From Desulfurivibrio sp. (lineage in GTDB: Bacteria > Desulfobacterota > Desulfobulbia > Desulfobulbales > SURF-16), in the NCBI GenBank assembly GCA_003605035.1, contig QZKJ01000118.1:18304-82303 (forward strand): a stretch of 64,000 nucleotides of DNA. The letters run 5' to 3'. The notes under the pieces are model-generated. The model ran no database searches. It worked only from the letters and a program-made list of their open reading frames with translations, and had not been told where the DNA came from. Every line of letters begins with the position of its first letter. Position 1 is the first letter of the stretch. Shown here piece by piece: positions 1 to 10,544 of the stretch. Both the position numbers and the translations under genes were made by a program.

Positions 1-218
1 CCTATCTGAGTCCTCTCGGCTGGGTCATGCAGAGTGATCTGGATGACGGCCTGGCCCTGTCAGGCGGCCAGCAGGTGAATAATACCTCGCTGGTCATCGG
101 GGATTACGAGGCGTTTCTGCAGTCGTCATTCGATCCTTATATTTCTCTGCGCGACGCCTATATCCAGTATCGCCAGAGCAAGATCAAAGACTCAAACCAG
201 AATAATAAAATTTATTGA
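1..218 (+). CDS. MlaA/VacJ-family lipoprotein, C-terminal fragment (start lies upstream of window)
   Basis: Frame is open from the window edge to the stop at 216-218. The tail DPYISLRDAYIQYRQ resembles the conserved C-terminal region of MlaA/VacJ as I recall it. It lies directly upstream of an MlaC-like gene. Confidence 0.45.
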   Translation, partial: YLSPLGWVMQSDLDDGLALSGGQQVNNTSLVIGDYEAFLQSSFDPYISLRDAYIQYRQSKIKDSNQNNKIY

Positions 219-264
219 AATCTTCCCCGCTGGTCATGGGGCTGCTGTCCGGGCATGCCGGCCG

Positions 265-936
265 ATGCCCCCTGGTTCGCCTGATTTAATGATTGCCTGC
301 TCTGTTATGCATAAATTATCTGCCTGCCGGCATACTGCGGCCATAGTGTTGTGTTGTCTGTTTGCCCTGCTGATCGAGGTCGAGGAGGCCGTCTGTCTGA
401 ACAGCCCGGCGGAGTATATGCAGAGCGCGGTTGAAGAAATGATGGCCATTCTGCAGGATGATCAGCTGAAACTGCCGGAAAACAGCCAGTACCGGCGAAA
501 ACTGATTCTCACCGTCATCCGCCATCATTTTGATTTCAAGGAGATGTCGAAATTGACCCTGGGGCCGCATTGGAAGCGGATAACCGCGACGGACCAGGAG
601 CAGTTTGTCGAGCTTTTTTCCCAGTTGATTGAAACTGCCTATGTCAATAAAATTGAAGCCTATTCAGATGAACGGATCATTTTTCTAAAAGAATCGGTAA
701 GACAGAACAAATCATTGGTTCCCACTCTGATCAAACACAACCAGCTTGACATCCCGATCAGTTACAAGCTTTATATGGCCCGGGACAGATGGCGGATTTA
801 CGATGTGGTTATCGAAGGGGTCAGCCTGGTGCAGAATTACCGCAGCCAGTTCAACAGCATTATCATGAAAGAACACTATGCCGGGCTGGTGAAGCGGCTT
901 GATGAAAAACTGAAAAATCCGGCTGAGGGACACTAG
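265..936 (+). CDS. mlaC: MlaC/Ttg2D-family periplasmic phospholipid-binding protein
   Basis: 223-aa ORF with a signal-like hydrophobic N-terminus (AAIVLCCLFALLI) and a Ttg2D/MlaC-like core (HFDFKEMSKLTLGPHWKRITATDQEQF...WRIYDVVIEGVSLVQNYRSQF). The true start may be the internal ATG at 307. Confidence 0.75.
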   Translation: MPPGSPDLMIACSVMHKLSACRHTAAIVLCCLFALLIEVEEAVCLNSPAEYMQSAVEEMMAILQDDQLKLPENSQYRRKLILTVIRHHFDFKEMSKLTLGPHWKRITATDQEQFVELFSQLIETAYVNKIEAYSDERIIFLKESVRQNKSLVPTLIKHNQLDIPISYKLYMARDRWRIYDVVIEGVSLVQNYRSQFNSIIMKEHYAGLVKRLDEKLKNPAEGH

Positions 937-944
937 GCGCCAGC

Positions 945-1421
945 ATGCAAGGTACGCAGGGAAAAGCACCGGAATCGCAGACAGCGCAGCGCCAGTTGCA
1001 GCAGGCCTTTCCTGACTTCACTGAAAAGGAGATAGCCCAGCTCATCAGCTATCTTGAACCCCGTCATTTTTCCCGGGGCGAGACAGTATGGCAGCAGGGC
1101 GATCCCATGGAGTATATGGGGCTGCTGGTTGCCGGCGTGCTGGTGGTCAAGCGTGAAGGCAGATTCCCGGGTAAAAATATCATTCTGGCGATTCTGGAAA
1201 AGGGCTCCCTCTTCGGGGAGATGGCCGTGGCGGCATCACATAAGCATTCGGTCACCATTGCCGCCATGGAAGCAACCCAGGCCTATGTGCTTAACTCCGA
1301 GAAGGCCCGGCAGCTCTTTGAGCAGCAACCAGCCTTAGCCATCAAACTTCTCAAGAAAATCGTCGTGGTCTGCGGCCTGCGCCTGCAGCATACGGGATCC
1401 AGGCTGGCGGAACTTCTTTAG
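945..1421 (+). CDS. cyclic-nucleotide-binding domain protein (Crp/Fnr-type cNMP domain only)
   Basis: 158 aa. cNMP-binding beta-barrel pattern FSRGETVWQQGDPMEYMGLLVAGVLVV...GSLFGEMAV. No DNA-binding HTH is evident. Confidence 0.7.
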   Translation: MQGTQGKAPESQTAQRQLQQAFPDFTEKEIAQLISYLEPRHFSRGETVWQQGDPMEYMGLLVAGVLVVKREGRFPGKNIILAILEKGSLFGEMAVAASHKHSVTIAAMEATQAYVLNSEKARQLFEQQPALAIKLLKKIVVVCGLRLQHTGSRLAELL

Positions 1422-1482
1422 CCGGATTACGTTTCATTTTTCTTCGCTGCCTTTCTATTTCCATTCTCTGCAATGAAAGCTC

Positions 1483-1510
1483 TTGACAAGAAATTAATTT
1501 TATCTATAAT
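1483..1510 (+). promoter_or_regulatory. sigma70-type promoter for the yceD-rpmF-plsX-fab operon
   Basis: Exact TTGACA (1483-1488), 16-nt spacer, exact TATAAT (1505-1510). It lies about 45 nt upstream of the GTG start at 1556. Confidence 0.6.
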
Positions 1511-1555
1511 TTCTTGTTCCTTTGCCTGCTATATATCCCTTTTGGAGCATGTCTG

Positions 1556-2065
1556 GTGAAGATTGATTTTTATGAGATTCCGGCAGAGGGTTTGGCCCTT
1601 ACCGTTGAGGATGCGCACTGGTTTCCGCCTGATCTTGAACGGCTGGGAAGAGCGGAGGCCTCCCTCAGACTGAAGAGACGCGGGCAGCGTGTGGTGGTTA
1701 CCGGAATACTGTCCGCGACCGTTGTCCTGGCCTGCGACCGTTGTCTGGGCACCTTTCAGCTGCCGCTTGATTCCGAGTTCAGCATAGAGCTGGAGCTCCC
1801 GGCGGAAGGCGTAAGCGAAGTGGAGGAAAAAGACCATTTCTGTCACGATAACGAGATGGATGTGGATATCCTGGACAGCAGTGAAATCAATATTACCGAT
1901 CTCCTGCAGCAGCAGCTCTATCTGGCCATGCCCATGAAAAAACTCTGCTCCGAAGAGTGCCGTGGGATGTGCAGCAGATGCGGGGCAAATCTGAATCATG
2001 AAAAATGTCGATGTCAGCCCGATAATTCTTCACCCTTCAGTGTGTTAGCCAGATTGAAGGGGTGA
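1556..2065 (+). CDS. yceD: YceD/DUF177-family protein (23S rRNA accumulation protein)
   Basis: Conserved position before rpmF, with the C-terminal Cys cluster [23 protein letters not shown] typical of DUF177. The start was moved to the in-frame GTG at 1556 (GGAG 8 nt upstream) because the track start at 1514 abuts the -10 box. Confidence 0.8.
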   Translation: MKIDFYEIPAEGLALTVEDAHWFPPDLERLGRAEASLRLKRRGQRVVVTGILSATVVLACDRCLGTFQLPLDSEFSIELELPAEGVSEVEEKDHFCHDNEMDVDILDSSEINITDLLQQQLYLAMPMKKLCSEECRGMCSRCGANLNHEKCRCQPDNSSPFSVLARLKG

Positions 2066-2132
2066 TGTTTGGCAGTTAAATTTACCAGTTGATTTTTTTT
2101 ATCACATAAACTCGTTGTCTGGAGGAAAGATA

Positions 2133-2324
2133 ATGGCCTTACCAAAAAGAAGACACTCCCGTTCCCGTACCAGAATCCGTCGCTCCCATGACGGATTGAC
2201 CGCACCCGGTATTTCCACATGCTCTGAATGTGGTGAGCCGAAACTGCCGCATCGGCTCTGTTCCGGCTGCGGTTCCTACAAGGGTCGTAAAGTAATCGAT
2301 CTTGGCGAAGAAGAGATTGACTAG
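2133..2324 (+). CDS. rpmF: 50S ribosomal protein L32
   Basis: [19 protein letters not shown]... plus a CxxC..CxxC zinc ribbon. ATG at 2133 is preceded by GGAGGA. The track start at 2115 is an upstream TTG. Confidence 0.95.
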   Translation: MALPKRRHSRSRTRIRRSHDGLTAPGISTCSECGEPKLPHRLCSGCGSYKGRKVIDLGEEEID

Positions 2325-2454
2325 ACTCCTCTGGCTGAAGGTGCGGCAGCCATAGCCTGCCGTCAGGCCTCAAGATGAATGACCTGGAAAATGGATTGCA
2401 GAGCCTGCTTCAGTTAAACAAGAAACGTGCTCGTTTGGCCAGAGGAGAAGTTGC

Positions 2455-3492
2455 GTGCGGATAGCTCTTGATGCCATGGGAAGTGACCGTGGTCCTGCAG
2501 AAATGGTTGCCGGTGCTGCGATGGCTGTCCGTGAGGCTGATGTGCAGATTACCATAGTCGGCAGCGAGGAGCAGATTAAACCCGCTCTGCAGAAAGAGGG
2601 CATCTCGCATCTGGTTGGCTTTGTGCCGACCTCCCAGGTCGTTACCATGCACGATTCACCCATCGAAGCCGTTCGCAAAAAGAAAGACTCTTCTGTTGTC
2701 GTCGCCTTTGAGCTGCTCAAAAAAGGTGAAGTGGATGCAGTGGTCAGCCCCGGCAATTCCGGGGCGGTCATGGCCGCTGCCGTCAAATTTCTCGGCAGGT
2801 TGAAGGATGTCTCACGTCCCGGCATTGCCAGTGTTTTCCCGACGCTGAAAGGGCCGGTTGTGGTCATGGACGTCGGCGCCAATGTTGATTGCCGCCCCAA
2901 GCATCTGCTGCAGTTCGGGGTGATGGCCTCCGCTTTTTCCCGTGTCATGTACGGCATTGAAAGACCCCGGGTCGGCCTGCTCAGTATCGGCGAGGAGGGC
3001 GGCAAGGGCAATGCGCTGGTGAAAAGCGCCCATGCCCTTTTCCAGAACAGCGGGCTCAATTTCATCGGCAATGTCGAGGGGCGCGATACCTTTGTCGGCG
3101 ATGTGGACGTGATTATCTGTGACGGCTTTGTCGGCAATGTCTGCCTGAAGCTCAGCGAAGGGCTGGCTGAAGCGATTTTATCCATGCTGCGGGAAGAAAT
3201 CGGCAAAACCTTCAAGGCGAGGCTGGGATATCTGCTCGCCCGGCAGGCCTTCGGCAATTTCAAGAAACGGGTCGACTATGCCGAATATGGCGGGGCTCCC
3301 CTGCTCGGCTTCAACGGTACGGGGGTTATCTGCCATGGCCGCTCCAATATGGTGGCCATCAAGAATGCCCTGCTGGTGGCAGACGGGCTGGCCAGACATA
3401 ATGTCAATGGCCACATTCTCGAATTGCTGGAAAAGACAGGACCGGCGTTAGCGCAATTCGACGAAAATCAGGTTCCGGCGGGAGCAGCGTAA
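2455..3492 (+). CDS. plsX: phosphate acyltransferase PlsX
   Basis: 345 aa. MRIALDAMGSD N-terminus and canonical position between rpmF and fabH. Confidence 0.95.
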   Translation: MRIALDAMGSDRGPAEMVAGAAMAVREADVQITIVGSEEQIKPALQKEGISHLVGFVPTSQVVTMHDSPIEAVRKKKDSSVVVAFELLKKGEVDAVVSPGNSGAVMAAAVKFLGRLKDVSRPGIASVFPTLKGPVVVMDVGANVDCRPKHLLQFGVMASAFSRVMYGIERPRVGLLSIGEEGGKGNALVKSAHALFQNSGLNFIGNVEGRDTFVGDVDVIICDGFVGNVCLKLSEGLAEAILSMLREEIGKTFKARLGYLLARQAFGNFKKRVDYAEYGGAPLLGFNGTGVICHGRSNMVAIKNALLVADGLARHNVNGHILELLEKTGPALAQFDENQVPAGAA

Positions 3493-4470
3493 ATGAAAAG
3501 AATGATTGTCCTGGGCACTGGTTCATTCCTGCCTGAGCGAGTGCTCTCCAATGCGGACCTGGAGAAAATGGTGGATACCACGGACGAGTGGATCACCACC
3601 AGGACGGGCATAAAAAACAGACGTATTGCCGGCAAGGGAGAAGAGACGTCCAAGCTCGCCTCCAAAGCCGCGGCCAGGGCCCTGGACATGGCCGGGCTGG
3701 CGCCCGGCGACCTCGACATGATTATTGTCGGTACCATCACCCCCGACATGGGCATGCCCTCGTGCGCCTGCCTGGTGCAGAAGGAACTCGGGGCCGCCAA
3801 GGCCTTTGCGCTTGATATCAATGCCGCCTGTTCGGGTTTTGTCTACTGTCTCGATGTTGCTGATAAATATATCAAAGCTGAGCCGGACATGAAAATTCTG
3901 GTGGTCGGCGCCGAGACCCTGTCGGCCCGGGTCAACTGGGAGGACCGCAACACCTGTGTTCTCTTTGGTGATGGAGCCGGGGCCTGCGTGGTGACCGGGA
4001 AGACAGGCAAACGCGGCCTGCTGGCCAGCAAGCTCTTTTCAGACGGCAGCCTCTACAAGCTGCTTTATATGGACAGCGCGCCAAGCATGAACAAGGAACT
4101 GGCCTGCCAGGACAATGACGGTTCCTATATCAAGATGGCCGGCCGGGATGTTTTCAAGTATGCGGTGCGCTCCATGGACATGGCTATCACGAATGTACTC
4201 GAGCAGGTGCAGGTGCCGGTTGAGGACATCAGCCTGATTATTCCCCATCAGGCCAATATCCGCATCCTGAAAAGCCTGGGAGAAAGGCTGGGCATAGCCG
4301 GTGAAAAAGTCTACATAAATCTGGACAAATATGGTAATACATCGGCGGCTAGTATCCCCATCGCCCTGGATGAGGCAAATCGGCTGGGGCATATCAAGTC
4401 CGGCGACCTTGTCCTGCTCTGCGCCTTTGGTGGAGGTTTCACCTGGGGCGCCGCTCTGTTTCGCTGGTAA
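3493..4470 (+). CDS. fabH: 3-oxoacyl-ACP synthase III
   Basis: 325 aa. KAS III motifs: active-site Cys context [19 protein letters not shown] and GGGFTWGA. Confidence 0.95.
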   Translation: MKRMIVLGTGSFLPERVLSNADLEKMVDTTDEWITTRTGIKNRRIAGKGEETSKLASKAAARALDMAGLAPGDLDMIIVGTITPDMGMPSCACLVQKELGAAKAFALDINAACSGFVYCLDVADKYIKAEPDMKILVVGAETLSARVNWEDRNTCVLFGDGAGACVVTGKTGKRGLLASKLFSDGSLYKLLYMDSAPSMNKELACQDNDGSYIKMAGRDVFKYAVRSMDMAITNVLEQVQVPVEDISLIIPHQANIRILKSLGERLGIAGEKVYINLDKYGNTSAASIPIALDEANRLGHIKSGDLVLLCAFGGGFTWGAALFRW

Positions 4471-4505
4471 ATGTATCTGATTCTAACTTTGCTGAGGAGC
4501 AAGCT

Positions 4506-5660
4506 GTGGATTATTTTTTGACTGAAGAACAGCAGATGATTGTCGATCTCTCCAGGCAGATTGCCGACGAGCTAATCATTCCCCAACGCGCAGCCCTGGA
4601 TGAATCCGAGGATTTTCCGACTGAAATCCTCGACGCTGTTGCCAAGGCGGATCTTTTTGGTATTTATATCCCCGAACAATACGGCGGCATCGGCGCAGGC
4701 ACCTTTGAGATCGTCCTGGCCCTGGAACAGTTCGGTCGCGGCTGCGTCGGTGTGGCAACCGCCTTTGCCGCCAGCGCCCTCGGCGCCTTTCCCATTATGA
4801 TTGCCGGCAGCGAAGAAATGAAACAGAAATATCTGCCGGATATCGCCACGGGCTCGAAAAAGGCCGCTTTTGCCCTCACCGAGGCCAATGCCGGCAGTGA
4901 TGCCTCAGGCATCCAGACCACCGCTGTGCTCGATGGTGATGAGTGGGTGCTGAACGGCACCAAACAGTGGATAACCAACGCCGGTGAAGCCAGGATTTAC
5001 ACGGTGATCGCCATCACCGACCGTTCAAAAGGCCCGCGGGGCGCCTCCATGTTTGTCGTTGAGGACACTGATCCGGGTTTCTCCTACGGGGTCAAGGAAA
5101 AGAAACTGGGCATCCGGGCCTCATCAACCCGGGAGCTCATCTTCAAGGACTGCCGCATTCCCAAAGACCGGCTCATCGGCCGGGAAGGCACCGGTTTTAT
5201 TACCGTCATGAAAACCCTGGATAAGTCCCGGCCGGGCATCGCCATCCTTGGCGTCGGCCTTGGCCAGGCGGCCCTGGATGAGGCCGTCACCTATGCCAAG
5301 CAGCGGGTGCAGTTCGGTAAGCCGATCATCTCTTTTCAGGCCGTGCAGCACATGCTGGCCGACATGGCCATCCAGCTGGAGGCGGCCCGCTCGCTGGTGT
5401 ATGCGGCGGCCAAGCACATTGACGCCCACCCCAGAGACATGTCCAAAGCCTCTTCCATGTGCAAGGTGTTTGCCACTGATATGGCCATGAAGGTCACGGT
5501 TGATGCGGTGCAGGTTCTCGGCGGTTATGGCTACATGCGGGATTACCCGGTGGAAAAGATGATGCGGGACGCCAAAATTCTGCAGATTTATGAAGGAACC
5601 AACCAGATCCAGCGCAACGTGGTTGGTCAGGAACTGAACAAGGAGTACACCAAAGCCTGA
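4506..5660 (+). CDS. acyl-CoA dehydrogenase (butyryl-CoA dehydrogenase-like)
   Basis: 384 aa. ACAD motifs [14 protein letters not shown] and the C-terminal catalytic-base region YEGTNQIQR. The stop overlaps the etfB start. Confidence 0.9.
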   Translation: MDYFLTEEQQMIVDLSRQIADELIIPQRAALDESEDFPTEILDAVAKADLFGIYIPEQYGGIGAGTFEIVLALEQFGRGCVGVATAFAASALGAFPIMIAGSEEMKQKYLPDIATGSKKAAFALTEANAGSDASGIQTTAVLDGDEWVLNGTKQWITNAGEARIYTVIAITDRSKGPRGASMFVVEDTDPGFSYGVKEKKLGIRASSTRELIFKDCRIPKDRLIGREGTGFITVMKTLDKSRPGIAILGVGLGQAALDEAVTYAKQRVQFGKPIISFQAVQHMLADMAIQLEAARSLVYAAAKHIDAHPRDMSKASSMCKVFATDMAMKVTVDAVQVLGGYGYMRDYPVEKMMRDAKILQIYEGTNQIQRNVVGQELNKEYTKA

Positions 5661-6439
5661 TGAAGATTATCGTCTGTGTCAAGCAGGTCCCGGACGCCAA
5701 GGATGTCCGTCTGGACCCCAAGACCAATACTCTGTCCAGGGAAGGGGTGCAATCCATCATCAACCCCTATGACCGCCATGCCCTTGAAGAGGCGGTGCGC
5801 CTCAAGGAAAAGCATGGCGGCACGGTGATTGTGCTCACCATGGGGCCGCCCCAGGCCGCGGAGATTCTGCGGGAATCCGTTTCCTGCGGGGCCGACGAGG
5901 CAGTGCTTGTTTCAGACCGGGCCTTTGCCGGGGCCGATACCCTGGCGACCACCTATACCCTGTCCCAGGCCATCAGGAAAATCGGCGGGGCGGATCTTAT
6001 TCTGTGCGGCAAGCAGGCCATCGATGGCGACACCGCCCAGGTCGGGCCCGGGCTGGCCGTGCGCATGGACATTCCCTATGTTACCTGCGTCCGCAGGATC
6101 GCCCAGGTCAATGATAAGAGTTTTGTGGTCGAACGGTTGATGGATGACGGCTATGATGAGGTGGAAGTCGGGCTGCCGGCGCTGTTCACCGTGGTCAAGG
6201 AGATCAATGAACCGCGGCTGCCTTCCCTGAAAGGAAAGATGAAGGCCAAAAAGCTCGCCATCACCACTCTGACCGCCGCGGAAATCGATGCCGATGTCGC
6301 CCAGCTGGGCCTGAAGGGCTCGCCCACCTGGGTGGTCAGGGTTTTTGCCCCCCAGTTGAAGGGTGAGCGCAGCATGATTGCGGGCACGGTACAGGAACAG
6401 GTAGATCAGTTGGCTGAAAAACTGCTGGAATGGTGTTAG
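5660..6439 (+). CDS. etfB: electron transfer flavoprotein beta subunit (bifurcating-type signature)
   Basis: 259 aa. [13 protein letters not shown]-terminus. Carries CGKQAIDGDTAQVGP, the motif I recall from Bcd-associated (FAD-binding) EtfB, in contrast to the DDDCNQTG-type motif of mitochondrial ETF. Confidence 0.9.
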   Translation: MKIIVCVKQVPDAKDVRLDPKTNTLSREGVQSIINPYDRHALEEAVRLKEKHGGTVIVLTMGPPQAAEILRESVSCGADEAVLVSDRAFAGADTLATTYTLSQAIRKIGGADLILCGKQAIDGDTAQVGPGLAVRMDIPYVTCVRRIAQVNDKSFVVERLMDDGYDEVEVGLPALFTVVKEINEPRLPSLKGKMKAKKLAITTLTAAEIDADVAQLGLKGSPTWVVRVFAPQLKGERSMIAGTVQEQVDQLAEKLLEWC

Positions 6440-6443
6440 CTTT

Positions 6444-7643
6444 ATGTTGCTGATAGATATTGATGCCTGTATCGGCTGCGGACTCTGCGAGGCCAATTGC
6501 GCCTTTGATGCAATTCACGTGGTTGACGGGATTGCCGAGGTAAACGAAAACTGCACCCTGTGCGGCGGTTGCGTGGATGTCTGTGAAGCCGGCGCCCTGA
6601 AGATCGAGGGCAGGGAGCGCGAAGAAAAAGATGGACTGGCCGCCTGGTCCGGCATCTGGGTGTACGCCGAGTGCCGCCACGGCAGAGTCGCGCCGGTGAC
6701 CTTTGAGTTGCTCGGCGCCGGTCGCAGACTGGCCGACCTGAAGAAGGTGCCACTGTCCGCCGTGCTGCTCACCGACCAGGCGGGCGATATCCCGGCCTTG
6801 CTTATTTCCTATGGCGCGGACCAGGTCTATGTGGTCGAGGATCAGGCCCTGGCCGATTTTACCGATGAGGCTTACGGCAACGCCCTGGAGGACCTGGCCC
6901 GCCAGTACCGGCCGGAGGTGATTCTGGCCGGCGCCACGGCCATCGGTCGCTCCTTTATTCCCAGGGTGGCGACCTCGCTGAAAACAGGTCTCACCGCCGA
7001 CTGCACCCAGCTCGATATCCAGCCGGAAGACGGCGCCCTGCTGCAGACCAGACCCGCCTTTGGCGGCAACATCATGGCCACCATCGCCTGCCCCAACACC
7101 CGTCCGCAGATGGCCACCGTGCGGCCGCTGGTGATGAAGGCCCTGGCCGCTGATCCTGCCCGCACCGGCGCGGTGATCAACTGCCGTATCGCCCCGGAGC
7201 GGCTTCAGTCCCGGGTGAAGGTGCGCAACTTTGTCGCCCTGGAAGGAGACCAGGTCAATCTTAACGAGGCGGATATTGTGGTCTCAGGGGGACGCGGTCT
7301 GGAAGGGGAAAAGGGCTTTGCCCTGATTGCGGAGCTGGCGCACCTGCTCGACGGGGCGGTGGCTGCCTCCAGGGCCGCGGTTGACAGCGGCTGGATCCCC
7401 TATCCCCATCAGGTGGGGCAGACCGGTAAAACCGTCAGCCCCAAGGTCTATATTGCCTGTGGCATTTCCGGGGCCATCCAGCATCTGGTGGGCATGCAGT
7501 CAGCCGATACCATTATCGCCATCAACCGTGACCCGCATGCTCCCATTTTTGACGTGGCAACCTACGGGGTGGTCGGCGATGTTTTTGAAATTCTGCCGAA
7601 ACTGATTGAAAAAATCAAACAGGCCCGTACATCATCAATCTGA
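6444..7643 (+). CDS. etfA: electron transfer flavoprotein alpha subunit with N-terminal 2x[4Fe-4S] ferredoxin domain
   Basis: 399 aa. Two CxxCxxCxxxC motifs ([22 protein letters not shown]) are fused to an EtfA/FixB core ([21 protein letters not shown]). Confidence 0.9.
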   Translation: MLLIDIDACIGCGLCEANCAFDAIHVVDGIAEVNENCTLCGGCVDVCEAGALKIEGREREEKDGLAAWSGIWVYAECRHGRVAPVTFELLGAGRRLADLKKVPLSAVLLTDQAGDIPALLISYGADQVYVVEDQALADFTDEAYGNALEDLARQYRPEVILAGATAIGRSFIPRVATSLKTGLTADCTQLDIQPEDGALLQTRPAFGGNIMATIACPNTRPQMATVRPLVMKALAADPARTGAVINCRIAPERLQSRVKVRNFVALEGDQVNLNEADIVVSGGRGLEGEKGFALIAELAHLLDGAVAASRAAVDSGWIPYPHQVGQTGKTVSPKVYIACGISGAIQHLVGMQSADTIIAINRDPHAPIFDVATYGVVGDVFEILPKLIEKIKQARTSSI

Positions 7644-7662
7644 CAACCAGGATACCAACGAC

Positions 7663-8409
7663 ATGAGCTTGGACGGAAAAATAGCGGTCGTCACCGGAGG
7701 AAGCCGCGGCATAGGCAAGGCTGTCTGCCTTCGTCTTGCCGGCCTGGGCGCCACTGTGGTAGTCAATTATGTCAGCCGGCCCGATGCGGCGGAAGCAACG
7801 GTGGCGGCCATCAAGGATGCTGGCGGTCAGGCAGCGGCGTATCAGTTCAACGTGGCTGATGCCCTTCAGGTGCAGGCCGCCTTTAAAAAGATACTGGCCG
7901 ATTTCGGCCGGGTTGATATACTGGTCAACAATGCGGGGATAACCCGCGACGGCCTCATTGCCATGATGAAGGAACAGGCCTGGGATGAGGTGCTTGACAC
8001 CAACCTCAAAGGCGCCTTCAATTGCATCAAGGCGGCCAGCCGCCCGATGATGAAGCAGCGCTGGGGACGGATTGTCTCGATCACCTCGGTGATCGGTTTT
8101 GCCGGCAATGCCGGGCAGGCCAACTATGCGGCGGCCAAGGCGGGGATGGTGGGGCTGACCCGTTCGGTGGCCAAGGAACTGGCATCCCGCGGGGTGACGG
8201 TCAATGGTGTGGCGCCCGGTTATATTGATACCGATATGACCAGGGAGCTTGCAGAAGAGGTAACGGAAAAAATCAAAGCGGAAATCCCCATGAATTCTCT
8301 CGGGACTGTTGAAGATGTGGCTGCTGCCGTGGCGTATCTGGCTTCAGAGGAGGCCCGTTATGTCACCGGCCAGTTTATCCATGTTAATGGCGGCATGTTC
8401 ATGGGCTGA
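7663..8409 (+). CDS. fabG: 3-oxoacyl-ACP reductase
   Basis: SDR motifs: MSLDGKIAVVTGGSRGIGKA, NNAGI, YAAAKAG. ATG at 7663 was chosen over the upstream track start at 7606, which overlaps etfA. Confidence 0.95.
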   Translation: MSLDGKIAVVTGGSRGIGKAVCLRLAGLGATVVVNYVSRPDAAEATVAAIKDAGGQAAAYQFNVADALQVQAAFKKILADFGRVDILVNNAGITRDGLIAMMKEQAWDEVLDTNLKGAFNCIKAASRPMMKQRWGRIVSITSVIGFAGNAGQANYAAAKAGMVGLTRSVAKELASRGVTVNGVAPGYIDTDMTRELAEEVTEKIKAEIPMNSLGTVEDVAAAVAYLASEEARYVTGQFIHVNGGMFMG

Positions 8410-8490
8410 AAAACAAAAAAGAGTGTATGCAGACCGCTGCTGTCCTGTCGGGCAGTATGATGGGTTATAAGGAAAAAGAAGGAGAAAAAC

Positions 8491-8721
8491 ATGTCTAAAG
8501 AAGAAAAACTTATTGATATCATTGTTGAGCAGCTCAGTGTAGACAAAGCAAAAGTTGTGCCAGCCGCCTCTTTCGTTGATGATCTCGGGGCAGATTCTCT
8601 GGACCTGGTCGAGTTGATCATGGCAATGGAAGAGGCTTTCGATACCGAGATCCCTGATGATGTGGCGGAAAAGATCACCACTGTTCAGCATGCGATCGAT
8701 CACATTAACTCCTTGAAATAA
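8491..8721 (+). CDS. acpP: acyl carrier protein
   Basis: 76 aa with the phosphopantetheine site [18 protein letters not shown]. Confidence 0.97.
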   Translation: MSKEEKLIDIIVEQLSVDKAKVVPAASFVDDLGADSLDLVELIMAMEEAFDTEIPDDVAEKITTVQHAIDHINSLK

Positions 8722-8810
8722 ATGCCTGTATCGCGTTTGCGGCTCTCCGTAAACGCTGATATGCGCTGCTGTTTCAGGTATTGTAATATCTCAAGCTTTC
8801 GAGGTTGCGA

Positions 8811-10052
8811 ATGGCGAGAAGAGTAGTCGTTACCGGTGTCGGGCTTGTTACCCCCTTAGGTACCGGAAATGAAAAGACATGGGATGGCATCTGTGCCGGC
8901 AGGAGCGGGGTCGCCTTGATAACCCGTTTTGATACGGCAGACCATGGAGTAAAAATTGCCGCCGAGGTCAAGGATTTTGTGGCCGAGGATTATATCGAGG
9001 CCAAAACCGCTAAACACCTGGATCTCTTTGTGCAGTATGCTGTGGCTGCGGCAGAGTTGGCCTTTACTGATTCAGGCCTGACGGTTACGGAGGAAAATGC
9101 CGCCCGGGTCGGGGTCATTACCGGCTGCGGCCTCGGGGGGCTGTCCACCATTGAGAAGTATCATCAGGTCTGCATGGAGCGGGGGCCGAAACGCATCACC
9201 CCTTTTTTTATTCCCATGGTCATACCCAACATGGGCGCCGGCCAGATCTCCATCGTCAAAAAGCTCAAGGGACCGAATCTGTCAGTAACCACCGCCTGCG
9301 CGGCCGGCACCCATGCGGTGGGCGAGGCCTTCCGGTTGGTGAGTTCAGGGGTCTGCGACGCGGCCGTAACCGGTGGCAGCGAATCGGTCATCTGCCCCCT
9401 GGCGGTTGGCGGCTTCAATGCCATGAAGGCCCTGTCCAGAAATAATGATTTTCCGGAGAAAGCCTCCCGCCCCTTTGACCGGGACCGCGACGGTTTCATC
9501 ATCGCCGAGGGCGCCGGCATTCTCATCCTGGAGGAGCTTGAACACGCCAGGGCCAGGGGCGCCCGCATCTATGCGGAAATGGCTGGTTACGGACTTTCCG
9601 GCGACGGCTTCCACATGGCTGCCCCGCCTGAAGACGGCGACGGCGCCATCCGCTGCATGAAGATGGCGCTGGCCGATGCCGGCATGAATGTTGACGAGAT
9701 TGACTATATCAATGCCCACGGCACCTCCACCCCTTTAAACGATGTGGTGGAGACCCGGGCCATCAAGAGCGTCTATGGCGACCACGCCAGAAAGCTCGCC
9801 ATCAGTTCCACCAAATCCATGACCGGCCACATGCTGGGCGGGGCAGGGGGAATTGAATCCGTTTTTACGGCCCTGGCCATTCATCATCAGCTTGCTCCTC
9901 CCACGGCAAATCTGGAACATCCGGATGAGGAATGCGATCTTGATTATATACCGGGCAGTGCGCGGGAGATGAAAATCCGGGCGGCCATGTCCAATTCCTT
10001 CGGATTCGGCGGCACCAACGCCGTCATCATCATGAAACGTTTTGAGGGATAG
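8811..10052 (+). CDS. fabF: 3-oxoacyl-ACP synthase II
   Basis: KAS II: RRVVVTGVG N-terminus, TACAAGTHA active-site Cys, NAHGTSTP, GFGGTNA. ATG at 8811 (the track lists TTG at 8805). Confidence 0.95.
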   Translation: MARRVVVTGVGLVTPLGTGNEKTWDGICAGRSGVALITRFDTADHGVKIAAEVKDFVAEDYIEAKTAKHLDLFVQYAVAAAELAFTDSGLTVTEENAARVGVITGCGLGGLSTIEKYHQVCMERGPKRITPFFIPMVIPNMGAGQISIVKKLKGPNLSVTTACAAGTHAVGEAFRLVSSGVCDAAVTGGSESVICPLAVGGFNAMKALSRNNDFPEKASRPFDRDRDGFIIAEGAGILILEELEHARARGARIYAEMAGYGLSGDGFHMAAPPEDGDGAIRCMKMALADAGMNVDEIDYINAHGTSTPLNDVVETRAIKSVYGDHARKLAISSTKSMTGHMLGGAGGIESVFTALAIHHQLAPPTANLEHPDEECDLDYIPGSAREMKIRAAMSNSFGFGGTNAVIIMKRFEG

Positions 10053-10054
10053 CG

Positions 10055-10483
10055 GTGAAGATAGCCATCGGATGTGATCACGGCGGTATTGCTTTGAAAG
10101 AGGTCATTCTGCCTCTGCTGGCGGAACTCGGACACCAGGTGAATGACCAGGGGACCGACTCAACCCTGTCGGTTGATTATCCCCAATACGCCAAAGCCGT
10201 CTGTGATCTGGTGGCGGACAACCGCTGCGACCGCGGCATTCTGATCTGCGGCACCGGTATCGGCATGTCCATGGCGGCCAACCGCCATAAAAAGATCCGG
10301 GCCGCCCTGTGCACGGAGATGTTTGCGGCCCGCATGAGCCGGGAGCACAATAACGCCAATGTGCTCTGTCTCGGGGCCAGGGTAACGGGGCCGGGGCTGG
10401 CCGAGGAAATTGTCCGCACCTGGCTCAGCACCGACTTTGCCGGAGACCGCCATCTGCGCCGTATTGAAATGTTTTCATCCTGA
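10055..10483 (+). CDS. rpiB: ribose-5-phosphate isomerase B
   Basis: 142 aa. MKIAIGCDHGG and ILICGTGIGMSMAANR, typical of RpiB/LacAB. Confidence 0.9.
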   Translation: MKIAIGCDHGGIALKEVILPLLAELGHQVNDQGTDSTLSVDYPQYAKAVCDLVADNRCDRGILICGTGIGMSMAANRHKKIRAALCTEMFAARMSREHNNANVLCLGARVTGPGLAEEIVRTWLSTDFAGDRHLRRIEMFSS

Positions 10484-10544
10484 ACCTGTTTAGGTCGCAG
10501 AAGTGACGCTGTATCGGTAAAATAAATCAATTTAAAGAGTATTT

